64,000 nucleotides of DNA from Paraspadella gotoi (lineage: Eukaryota; Animalia; Chaetognatha), in assembly GCA_051294375.1 (NCBI GenBank), contig CM119263.1, positions 29,783,145 to 29,847,144 on the forward strand, in the 5' to 3' direction. Made by a program: the position numbers and the translations under genes. Positions 53,101-64,000 of this stretch are shown here, piece after piece. How positions within the stretch are numbered: the stretch's first letter is position 1; each line of letters starts with the position of its first letter. Under the pieces are notes generated by a model. The model worked only from the letters and a program-made list of their open reading frames with translations. It did not search any database and had not been told where the DNA came from.

Positions 53101-55142
53101 TAATATATTAATACTTTTTATATCTTCTTTCAGTGTCACGTTGGTGTTTGCACCGATAAGTCAGCGGCCGACTGTCCGAAAGATAAGCCCACATGTGGCG
53201 CCTGTCAACAAATGAAAACTGACATTGGTGAGATTTTGAAAAAAATAAATTATTAATCACTAAAGATCCAGCCAGAGATAAAAGAAATAATTCTGTTTAC
53301 GATTATAGTAAGTAAAATATTGTTAAAAATTCAAATCTACTTTAATATCAACTTTCAGACGAATGCAGTTGCTCGGTTTATTCCTGCGTAAACAAAACTT
53401 GTCCTCTGATGAGCAAGAAGCTACTTCAATGTCCAGAAGGTCAAATATTTTAAGAATTTATTGTTAATGACGTTAATTTGAAAACAAGGTTTATCCTGAT
53501 TCAGGCCAGCAGCAAGCAGTCGGCAAGGATCCATGTGGCTGTGATACCCCGATCTGCGTTGACAAGGAAGATTTCTGCGAAGGACCGAATCCTTTCGCTG
53601 CAGAATTTGGAGATCTCGTTTTGAGAGTCTCGAGAGGCAGCGGAGTGGATGTGTACAAAGCGTTCAGGGGTGAGATGGAGAAAAGTAAAGAAATAGAGTG
53701 GAAAATAGAAAAAGGATAGAAAGATAAAGACAGACAGACGGACGGACGAACCACCGGAAATACTCGGTCCAGTGAGTTTTTTCTCACCCCAGAGGGCGGC
53801 GCAAACGTTAAAACCGGAGAACCGGAAAAATATTCCGATATGAGGCGCCACATTGGAGGTGGATGGGCGGATCGTGAAGCCATTTCCAACTGGAAGTCAA
53901 CATTCGCCAATGGGGGCAAGGTCAGTGTTGAAAGCGCAGTTTTTTTGGTCATGATGATATGGATTAAGTAATTCTTGATGAGGCTTTATCAGTCTTCATT
54001 GTTGAGGCGTGATCAATCTTAATAATCTTTATTGATTGGGAAATGTATTATTATTATTAATTATTACATTTTTCCCCTCATCTTTCTCTCGATCCCCAGA
54101 TCCGCTTCTCGATGTGGAAAAAGACTCCAAAGTCCCACGAACCGGTCGTCGACATCGTCTTCGACGGGAAAGGCTCGGACGTGGACAGTTGGTTCGTCAA
54201 GGATCGAGTGGAGAAGATCGTCAAAGGCCCCGACGTGACCTCTGGCGACGCGTTCCAGTTTTGGAGCATGAAGGGAGACGTCGGGGAGAAGGTCGACCGC
54301 AACTTCTTCGTCTGCGTCAAATACGACGGATGTCCGGGAGATGAAGGGATGATCGCCATTATGGAAAAGTGAGGGGGGGGAGAGAAATGTTGTTGTTGTT
54401 GTTGTTGTTGTTATTAAAGGTTTTTCGTGCGGAATCAATTAGCGAAGTTTAACAAATGTTAATGTTAATATTAATGTTAATGTTAATGTTAATGTTAATG
54501 TTAATGTTAATGTTAATGTAAAAGTAAATGTTAATGTAAATGTTAATGTAAATGTTAATGTAAATGTTAATTCCTCGATGATTTCGCCTTCGCTCTAGTA
54601 GAGTTTTTGGTTATCGAACGATATTTTTATTTTCATCAATTCGAGAATAAAGGAAATTTTTTTTTTGTTGATAAAAGCAAATCAACCCAAAATTTACAAA
54701 TCAAAGTAGCCTACCAATCAAAGTAACCAATTAACCACAGTAACCAACCAAATATAAGCCAACTAATTCTCACCAACTAAACCCAACCAAACCAACCAAC
54801 CTTTAACAAACTCGATTAACCTACCAACTAACCAACCAATCAATAAATCTGTCACCCAATTAACCAAACTATTCATCCAACCAATCAAACCATTCAACCG
54901 ACTAACCCATCAACTCAACCAACGTAACGACAAAAAACGAACCAACCAAGGATCCAATCAAAACTAATCAATTCCCGACCGATTCCCACAGACCCGACGT
55001 CTGCGCTGCTTGGTTGGGTGGCACCGGCCAAGACAACACGGTTCCACGTCTCATCTACTCGATCAACGGAGGAGCTTGCAAATTTTCCGACATTTCGTGT
55101 ATGAGTGAAGCCGACGTCGTGACCATTTCTATCCTCGCTTAA
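50170..55142 (+). CDS. Secreted cysteine-rich repeat protein, paralog B, with extra C-terminal globular domain (14 exons)
   Basis: Exons 50170-50245 (signal peptide MLSILLIVVATVGVEG), 50649-50793, 51042-51284, 51382-51619, 52093-52283, 52361-52470, 52543-52754, 52938-53063, 53134-53227, 53359-53439, 53505-53669, 53793-53920, 54100-54368, 54992-55142 (TAA). The first 10 introns match paralog A in position and phase (e.g. VQCECPPLK, CQ(L/V)VPAGKCP, PVNVTAADG). Confidence 0.9.
50469..50626 (+). repeat. Dispersed repeat family B copy in intron 1 of paralog B
   Basis: High similarity to 26151-26308. Confidence 0.75.
51720..52035 (+). mobile_element. Helentron/DINE-1-like non-autonomous element (family A)
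   Basis: 5' hairpin GTTGCGCCGCGAGTACTCGCGGAGCAA, GTC(G/C) microsatellite remnant, subterminal inverted repeat GCGGCGCAAC near the 3' end, ends CTTGT in a T-rich site; multiple dispersed copies in the window. Confidence 0.7.
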
Positions 55143-55741
55143 AAGTCCTCACGTTTCACCAAAAAGTTTTTTTTTATAAAATTCGAGCCTATTATTTTTT
55201 AAAAGTCGAAAAAGAGAAAAGAACATTTGTTTCAATTGATTACTAGTTGTTGGGCTAATTTATTATTTTTTTTTTCTGGGGAGGAGGCTGTAAATTTTTG
55301 TTAATTAAAAGTTTATCACTGAGTCATTGGGGTTTTTTTTTTTTTGGTGCGGGAAGGAAGAAAATTGGGTTTTTGGACTGATTTAAAAAAAGGGGTTTAT
55401 TTTCTTGTACATATTTTTTCTCATATTAGATTTTGATGCTGATAATATAAATATATAAAAAAATAATTTAATTTTGATATAGATAGATAGAAAAAGATAG
55501 ATACGAAAGATAGTTTAGAGAACTGTCAACAGAATCAAGTTGAAAAAAATCAGGATAAGTGTGTCAAAGGTTAGGATAAGTGTGAGAAAAGTTGCGAGAT
55601 AAGTGTGAAATGTGTGAGAAATACTTTGGTGAGAAAACTGGCCAAGAAATCTTATATTCGATTATGAAAAATGAGTGGAGAGAGAGAGAGAGGGGGAGAG
55701 GGAGAGAGAGGGAGAGAGAGAAAAAAAATAAAGAGAGCGAG

Positions 55742-55845
<104 letters not shown>

Positions 55846-56190
55846 TAGGCGATTGTCGGAAGACAAATGAACAAACGGCCTCACAAAAAGAAAGTGAATC
55901 AATGAAGACATCGAATTTCTTCTTACTTTTGATTTTTTTTATTAACGATTTTTCTATTTGCTTTCATTTCATTAAGATAAGCAAGCTCTCTGTTTTTTGT
56001 TTTTTCATAGTCTCTAAAATTATTTATTAGATTAGTATTTAAACTTCATCATATTTTTGTTTTCCGTTCTTACCTTCTCGTTTTTAAATCGTTAAACTTT
56101 TGTTATTTGTCAATCGTTTGACTTAATTACAAAATATTTTTATTTTTACGTCTGAGAATGAACTAAAACTTCATCCTGTCCACACAACAA

Positions 56191-56430
56191 ATGGAAAAAG
56201 AGGTGAGCGGGTTGCAAGAAAAACTTTTCACAGGTGACAAAAAAATGGTTTAAAATATTGCTTTTATTTCAATGTCTCTTTACAAGCACGCGTAATTCCT
56301 ATAATTCCTTTTTTATAGGCGGAACTTTTTGAGGCGGACGAAGGGACGACGACGTCGACGACGACGACAACGACGACGACAATCATGGAGAAACCGGAAA
56401 TAGAGAGAAGACAGTGGCGAGGTACTTGTG

Positions 56431-56520
<90 letters not shown>

Positions 56521-59500
56521 AACTAGAGTGTTTATTTCAATATTAAAGAAAAGAATTAACCCCAAATTTTCAACAAAGATTCTTCCATCTTCACAGGAAA
56601 GCTCGAATTCATTTTAACCATCGTGGGTTATGCTGTCGGACTTGGAAATGTCTGGCGATTTCCTTACCTTTGCTACAAAAATGGAGGAGGTAAGTTAAAA
56701 GTTTAATGCTAATTTCAAACCTCACCTAAACCCTTGTTCCTAACTCAAATCACAAACTCTCATTACTAACTATACCCTAATCTCAAACCCTAACCTAAAT
56801 TCCTAACCCTGACCTCTAGTCTAATTATCAACTTCTATATGTTTTTTTTTTAAGCTGAAATCGGGCATTCTTGGAAAAGATGGTTTCTTATCTTTCTCCT
56901 AGGCGCCTTCCTCATTCCTTATTTTCTCATGCTGCTGCTTCTCGGTCTCCCCGTTTTCTTTCTCGAACTTTCCGTGGGTCAGTTCGCTTCTCTCGGAACC
57001 ATCTCTCTCTTTAATCGACTCAGTCCGTTGTTCAAGGTAAGTTCAAGGTAAGTTACTTCTTCCTGTCAAATAAATTTATAATTTATTGTATTAACCTTCA
57101 ACCAAAAAAAAAGATTATCAGTTAGATCAATAAGATTTAAACTTATACATTTTACAATTATAATATAATATTCTACTATTATATTCTACTATATATTCTT
57201 AGTAGTCTTATCTTATAACAGTAGCAAATCATACATAATCTTAATTTCTAAACAAATTCTATATTCCACCCCTTTCCGTTCGACCTTCTAGACATTTTGA
57301 TATTTTAATAAATGACTTTCTAACAAGAACGATGTTTAATATCTAAATGAAAATATTTTACCTCTATTTCCAGAAGACAATACTAACATCCCTCTTCCCT
57401 TTATTATGTATTAAGAAAAAAGATTTAAAATTTCTTCAAAATATATTTAGCTTTAGAAACATAATTTTTTTGAAATTTAGTTTAAAATGGTAAAACAAGT
57501 TGATAAATCACGATAATTTTTTCAATTTGTGATCCTAACTGATCATAACAGATCATACCATTCTGTATCTCTCTCTCTCTCTCTCTGTCTCTCATAACTG
57601 ATCATAACAGATCATAATATAATATTACAATATTCATGAATTAAAATGATTTTGAATGATTTTATAATCACTCTTTTCAATCACCCCGTTTCCTCGGTTA
57701 AATCAACCTGTATCCATGTATCCCTGTATCAATCCCCCTCTCTATCCTTATCCTCTATCCTAAAGGGGTTAGGCTGGGGAATGGTGATGGTGAATTGCTA
57801 CATCGTCGTCTATTACACAGTCGTCGTCGCTTGGGCGATTCACTATTTGTACTCGACTTTCGCGTCGCTCTCTTCGGGTAACATCATTCTAATTTTTTGT
57901 TTACTCAATTAATATTAGATCTTCTTAACTTTATTAAACTTAATGAGAAAAACCTGCCGCATAATTAAGTATCAATGTCATTCCTAAAACCTGCCGCATA
58001 ATTAAGTATCGATGTCATTCCTAAAACCTGCCACATAATCAAGTATCAATGTTATTCCAAAAACCTGCTGTATAATTAGGAATCAATGTCATTCCTAAAA
58101 CCTGCTGCATAATTAATTATCGATGTCATTCCTAAAACCTGCCGCATATTTAAGTATCAATGTTATTCCTAAAACCTGCTGCATAATTAAGTATCGATGT
58201 CATTCCTAAAACCTTATGCATAATTAAGAATCGATGTCATTCCTAAAACCTGCCGCATATCATTAATTAATTAATTCCTTATATAAACCCTCAGAAGAAG
58301 TTTTAATGCGTTTGTACTACACCAATTGTGTCACAATACTTACGTACGGAAGTGAAGTGAAAGAGTATCTTGCAAAAGATATGACCAAAGTAAATGTAGC
58401 AATAAATGATGGCATTAGAAAAATTTTTGGTTGGAATAGATGGGAGAGTGTACGATCATTAAGGTCCTCATTTGGATATAATGATATCTATAAAATTTTT
58501 GCTTGTAGATCAAAAAACTTTTAATCAAAGCTTTTTTCCTCTAGAAACAATATTCTAAAAATCTTGTCAGCTTATTGTTGATTTTTTTTTCTTTTTTCGT
58601 TCTGTTAATTTAAATATTTATATTTTGTTGAATTGTAAACTGTACAATTTATGCGTTTATCTGTAATGCTGTATGCCCTTTTGAATGTACTGTTTCAACT
58701 AATTGTTGTAAACGAATAAAACACATATTATAATTAAGTATCAATGTCATTCCTAATTAAGTATCGATGTCATTCCTTCTAAAAGGCGTCTTGCCCTGGA
58801 CAACCTGCGATCCACACTGGGCATCTGACTCTTGCGCCAATTTCACAAACTCTTCAGGTTCACAGTTTTTGGGTCTTCATGTGAAAGTCTTTAGTTGCGC
58901 CACGAATATATGCGGTGCAACTCTATAAGTCACTTTTGGGTCGGTCGGTTGGTCTGATGGTCTGTCGGTCAGTCACAAATTTGAAATGTTTGTAAGTCGG
59001 GCAATATTTTATCAATTAAGTGTCACATGATCACCTAAAAAAGAGATGAGATGACCAGAAATTCGATGCTGGTTAATTCGTGAAATACTAAGTCATTTAG
59101 GATAATACTTAGCAGAATGATAAATTATTAGTAAATGCTTCTTTTGCCTCTGTATCATACTTGTGTTGTTACATGTGACCATATAGAAATATGGTTACAT
59201 AATCACAAAGTATATGCGGCATATTTAATATTTGATTATTTTAGTTGAAACTTTGCAGATGAGTGACCAAACTTAGGACATTTGTTACACATTTTATAAT
59301 TATGTAGTAACGTGATCACCCAAAAATCTACGTGATAACAAAGTTACTGCGGCGCAGCTCATAGGAATAACCATTCTTGTTAACTTTGCTACAGCAATTT
59401 TGTATTTTTCAAAAAAGTAGTTTTGAACGCGAGCGAATCTTACACAACATCTTCGGAGGAGTATTTCTACAGGAGCGTACTTCAAATGTCAGGTTGGACG

Positions 59501-62500
59501 ATTGTAATTGTAAAGTTTTATATAATTTTTTTGAATTTGTGTTCTTTTTTTTCAGATGACATCTCGAGTGAATTTATGCTCAAGTGGGATTTAACGTTTT
59601 GTTTTCTCATCGCTTGGATCCTGATTCTACTCATTATTTTAAAAGTAGGCTAAATAAGAAATGTTTTAAAAAAATAAATTTCTGAAAAAAAACTATATTC
59701 AAAATAAAATTCAATAAATCCATATATTGAAAATAAATTTTAAATATCAATCAAATAGTAATTATGCTTTAAAAAAACTGTTTTGTTTGTTTTTGCAAAT
59801 CCCAATTTTCAATCGCTATTCCTCTTCACATCCACAGGGTGTGTCTTCCTTAGGCATGGTTGCCTACATCACTTCCACACTTCCTTACATCTTTATCACA
59901 ATACTCATTGTCCAAGGAAGTCAAATGGACGGAGCCTTGGAAGGAATCAAGTATTACATTTATCCCAAATGGGAATATCTCTTGAAGCCTCAGGTCTGTT
60001 GCTGTAATATTGCTGTAATAATGTAATACCAGAGGTTTTAATTTTTAGTAATTTTTTGGTGTTTTTACCCTATTCTACTGGAGGACTCTAAAAAGAAAGA
60101 AGCTTTTTGAAAGACAAAAGAACATTCAAAATAAACTTTATCTACACCCACTAGATCTTCACTTGAATCTGTTTTTCAACAAAATAGCAATTGTTTTTTT
60201 AAATTTTTATTATCATAAATCTTTTAAAAATTATTTGATATTTTTAACAAATATTTTTTTCTTGTTCTATTTTATTTTATTCTATTTCTTATTCTATGTC
60301 TTAAAGCATTTTAATCATATTTCAAATATCAAAACAAAAATAATATTGTTTTGATTTATAAAATATTTTTGCAAGTACCAAAATGTTATTAGTGCCGAAG
60401 TGATAGTGATTAACATGTATTGGCGCAGCCACTGGTTCGTATTTCTCTTCTATCATTTTTATTTGTTATATACTATCTAATACTATTAAAAATAGCTAAT
60501 TTTCTCATATTCTTTACAAATCATTTTGATTTTTTCTTCCGCCACCTTTAATGTTACTTTATTTTTTTATTAACTACACCTTTACCCAATTAATAATTCT
60601 CTCAATTTCCATCCACCCATTCCTCCATCAATCTCACTTCCATTCACCCTCTCCTCAAAAGGTCTGGGGCGACGCCGCCGTCCAGATCTTTTACTCTTTG
60701 GGTCTCTGCTCCGGCGCCCTCATCTCTCTCGCATCCTTCAACGACTTCCGCAACGACTGCCTTCGAGACGCAGTCGTCGTCAGCCTCGTCAATTGTGGAA
60801 CGAGTCTCTACGCGGGATTCGCCGTCTTTGCCGTCTTGGGTTACATGGCGGATCGATCGGGAAAGCCCATTGCCGAGGTGGGTGGGAAACCTATGTATAG
60901 TTAATAATTTGTGAAATTTGGATTTTCTTTTATGTTTAACATAATATGTTTTAGTAGTTGGTTTAATTAGAAGAATTAAAATGCGATAACATATTTTGTT
61001 AAAATTTTATGATTAACTTTTTTTAATCAACATTTTAATTATTATTAACTTTTTTGATAAATGGCACTGCAAAAAAAAAAGGCCCAAGTTTTAGTAATGT
61101 CTTTTTTTTATCTTGTGTATGATATTTATTATGGCGGGCCAGAATTTAACATTTTTTACAATATGAAACAGTCTGCAATAAAAGTCTTTTGTCCTTATAC
61201 AACCAAATTGACTTATGATGTTAGATTTTGATTAAATTCATTTTCCTCATGCGTGGAAGCATTTTAATATAAAATTGGTACAACCAATATATATTGAACA
61301 ATATATAAGAAATGTTTCAAAATTTTTTTAGGGAATTTAAATTTTTAAAAATAGATTCTTATATAAAGGTTAGTATTACAAATTTCAGAAATTTTAATGA
61401 GAAATAGGTTAAAATTTGAAAAACCTTAAAAAATTATTATCATCATCATTATTCATTAAATTTTATAATTTTTGTTAATTTTCATAGACAAATCATTAAA
61501 ATTTCAAGAAGTGGTAATAACCTTCATCTAACTTTTCAAGCTCTATCAGAATCCGATAAAAAAATTTAAAGTTTACCAAAATTTTTTTTTACATTATAGT
61601 ATTTTGATAAAATAAAATAGCTTCCATGCGTTTAACTATAAGATAAATCTTAACTTTTTAATTTTCACGATCTTTAATAAACACATTGAAGAGACAGTAA
61701 TTATTGTTATGTGATAGTGACAGAACCGTTCAATATAAGCAGTCCCTGAGCTTTGGATCAGGCTGTAACACCGAGTTACAGGCGGGTTAAGCGCCCCGTC
61801 ACTCTTAACTGCCAGACGGCCACCGGGCTAGAACCCCGGACCTTTGGGTTGGGAGGCGAATGACTTGCCTCCGGCACCAATGGCCGCTGATGAACGGTTG
61901 GTTGATTTTAGTCCACCATACATCCCCCCTCCCGTAGGGAGAAGTCTGTTGCGTCTCTTCAGTGAATTGTTGTTATTGGTGGAAAGTTCGTCACCAAATT
62001 GAGGCATGTCGCCTGATGTGTTGTGGGCGGAAAGTGCATCGCCAGGTTGAGGCATGTCGCCTGAAAGTGTTGTTGTTGCTGTTGTGTTCGGAAGTCGGGC
62101 TCACCAACAAGAGACAGTAATTATTGTTATGTGATAGTGACAGAACCGTTCAATATAAGCAGTCCCTGAACTTCGGATCAGGCTGTAACACCGAGTTACA
62201 GGCGGGTTAAGCGCCCCGTCCCTCTTAACTGCCAGACGGCCACCGGGCTAGAACCCCGGACCTTTGGGTTGGGAGGCGAATGACTTGCCTCCGGCACCAA
62301 TGGCAGCTGATGAACGGTTGGTGGATTTTAGTCCACCATAACATTAACAATATTTATACCAGACTTCTGTTAGTTTGTAACCTGTTCCGCCTAAATATTT
62401 ATATGTATGACATGTATTCATTTTGTTACTCGTACAGATATATCTGATCATATATATCACATATATATCATATATATCATATATATCATATATATCATAT

Positions 62501-62721
62501 ATAGGCTCATTTTCTCTTTCCTCCCTGATCCCGGCAACTATTTTCAGGTAGTGGCGGAAGGCCCTGGTCTGGCCTTTGTCGCTTACCCCGACGCACTGGC
62601 CACGATGCCTCTGCCTCACCTCTGGTCCATCCTCTTCTTTCTAATGATGATTTTTCTCGGGTTCGGTTCTTTGCTCGGTGCGGCCGAAGCCACGATGAGC
62701 AGCATCATGGATGAATATCCG
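56191..62721 (+). CDS. SLC6 sodium:neurotransmitter symporter family transporter, amino-acid (glycine/proline/nutrient amino acid) type; 3' incomplete
   Basis: Exons 56191-56202 (tentative start, MEKE), 56319-56421, 56597-56689 ([22 protein letters not shown]), 56903-57036 (AFLIPY...ELSVGQF), 57766-57877, 58786-58857 (LPWTTC...WASDSC), 59421-59492 (SEEYF), 59556-59644, 59838-59993 (STLPY...[10 protein letters not shown]), 60662-60877 ([14 protein letters not shown]...[10 protein letters not shown]), 62548-62721 ([17 protein letters not shown]). These are SLC6 signature motifs. Gly rather than Asp in TM1 argues against a monoamine transporter. Confidence 0.93.
57949..58780 (+). repeat. 37-bp minisatellite (about 8 units plus remnants) interrupted by the LINE fragment
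   Basis: aaaacctgccgcataattaagtatcaatgtcattcct units; remnants resume at 58730 and run up to the acceptor at 58785. Confidence 0.85.
58285..58730 (+). mobile_element. 5'-truncated non-LTR retrotransposon (LINE) fragment
   Basis: ORF 58306-58524 ([17 protein letters not shown]...[17 protein letters not shown]) resembles the post-RT C-terminal region of invertebrate LINE ORF2; it is followed by an AT-rich 3' UTR with AATAAA at ~58715 and interrupts a 37-bp tandem array. Confidence 0.7.
58891..59382 (+). mobile_element. Diverged Helentron/DINE-1-like element in an SLC6 intron
   Basis: ttagttgcgccacg...gcaactctataagtcactttt, a GGTC tract, and a 3' end actgcggcgcag...cttgtt. Confidence 0.6.
61687..62343 (-). 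mobile_element. Non-autonomous LTR retroelement (TRIM) with tRNA-like sequence in its LTRs
   Basis: Two near-identical ~235 bp direct repeats (61687-61922 and ~62109-62343) around a ~185 bp non-coding core. On the minus strand TGGTGAGCCCGAC follows the 5' LTR (12/13 match to the tRNA-Trp PBS TGGTGACCCCGAC) and GGGAGGGGGGA (PPT) precedes the TG of the 3' LTR. ACAT(T) at 61683 and 62341 is a candidate TSD. Confidence 0.8.
61815..61887 (-). ncRNA. tRNA-like (Gly-like) sequence within the LTR; second copy at 62235-62307
   Basis: GCGGCCA...TGGCCGT 7-bp acceptor-like stem, A-box-like TGGTGCCGGAGG, TCGCCTCCCA resembling the tRNA-Gly anticodon arm, T-arm-like CCGGG-GTTCTAG-CCCGG. The anticodon stem does not pair, so it is not a functional tRNA. 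Confidence 0.65.
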
Positions 62722-63002
62722 GTTAGATGGTTGGGGGGGGGGCGGTGCGGGGAAAGAAGAATTGGCGCAATGGGTCAATGTGGTCGATTGGGTGACGCAA
62801 TAAGGTTAATTTGCGACAATATATATATATATATATATATTATATACGGTCACCATTATTATTTTTTTTGTTAGTTACTGCACAGAACTTTTTAAAAATT
62901 AGTTTTGAGCAGAAAAAGCTATGTCCTTGACAATAAATAGCAACTTCAGTGATTTACCCGCAATACGTCATGGCAGCAACAATAGTTTTTAAAATAAATT
63001 CT

Positions 63003-63472
63003 TCGGCTCTATTTTCCCAGACCGCCCCATTTCTTTTCCTTTATTTCGAAATTTAATTTTAACCTAAATATTTAACCTAAATATATTTTGAAACCTATAA
63101 CCCTAACCCTAATGCATAACCCTATTTTTGGAGTCATAGGTTCGAATATCACCGCTGCCACCACGTTAAAGAGAACCTAAGAATCGAATGTACAATTATT
63201 GGAAAATCTTTTATTTTATATTTAAAACTCAATCGTTTATTTTAGTTATTTTAAATCAAATCCCCCATGCTCATTTGCTCGCCCTTCTCTCCTGATCCTC
63301 AGGAGGAAGCCCTTCCTCTTCCTCCTATTTTCCATAGTCTTTGCTCCTCAGAGATTCGATCGTTGTTGTTGTTGTTGTCATTGTTATTGATGCTGCTCTA
63401 ACCCAATTTTTTGTTTAAATTAATGTAATTCCAAATTTAAGATGAAATGAAGCGCGCTGGGAAAATAAGGCC
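63003..63472. mobile_element. MITE-like element with ~30 bp imperfect TIRs and degenerate (CCCTAA) tract (family C)
   Basis: Left end tcggctctattttcccagaccgccccatttc and right end gaaatgaagcgcgctgggaaaataaggccga. Related ends with telomere-like tracts at ~5001-5457, ~45966-46140 and ~56720-56885. Confidence 0.5.
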
Positions 63473-64000
63473 GATTCCGCTTTCTCTCTGTTTATTTTTT
63501 TTATTTGACTAACTTTCTGCCGAAAATTACTAGATGGAAAAAAAGTAGCACTATTTATTTATTTATTTATTTATTTATTTATTTGTTTATTTATTTATTT
63601 ATTTATTTATATTCATAAATCGAAACAATCAATTAAAAATAGATTTACATTTGAAGACTGACATCAGCTGTTTTACTTACATTCTTCAAATGATGTTGTA
63701 TTTTTATTATTATTCAAAATACTAATATCATTATAATTATTATTATTTGTAAATTATGGTATTATAATTTTACTGTCTTTTGTATATTCTGATAGGAATA
63801 TAAGTTTTTTATTTTTTATTATTTTCTAGTTATGAAAACTTAGTCAATGTAAATTCAAAAAACTTTGAAGCAAATACATTTTAACCGATGACAGGAAAGG
63901 GCTGATTTAACCATCTTCTACTTTCTTGGCTAAGTTTTTCACAGGGTTTTTCTCTTTTTTCACGCAATCGCAGTTGACTGAAGGACATCCGCAGATATCT

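Noticed and set aside
57949-58260. CRISPR-like array of 37-bp repeats
   Set aside because: Units are head-to-tail without unique spacers, lie in a eukaryotic intron, and there are no cas genes.
61888-61925. Hammerhead ribozyme at CTGATGA in the LTR
   Set aside because: No downstream stem II followed by GAAA core could be found.
63303-63360. Next SLC6 exon after cctcag
   Set aside because: No convincing TM9 motif or donor site, and it lies between MITE-like ends.

Overview
Eukaryotic, invertebrate-type animal DNA: AT-rich, GT-AG introns, dense (AG)n/(GAC)n microsatellites and many N gaps. Most of the supplied ORF track is low-complexity noise; the real genes are spliced. Reading by hand gives four + strand genes: (1) a 5'-incomplete extracellular LRR gene (10-39089) with LRRs, LRRCT, a Ser/Ala-rich stalk and a hydrophobic GPI-like tail; (2, 3) two tandem paralogous secreted Cys-rich repeat genes (44814-48993 and 50170-55142) with matching exon structure, where only the second carries an extra C-terminal globular domain; (4) an amino-acid-type SLC6 transporter (56191 to at least 62721, 3' end not found). 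Mobile DNA includes a complete ~650 bp non-autonomous LTR element (TRIM) with PBS, PPT and a tRNA-like sequence inside each LTR (61687-62343), Helentron/DINE-1-like elements, a truncated LINE, a tRNA-SINE head, MITE-like elements and a foldback. Short tandem repeats repeatedly duplicate splice sites. The first 38 kb contains large, indel-riddled inverted and direct duplications next to gaps of exactly 25 N; these look like long-read gap-filling artefacts rather than biology.
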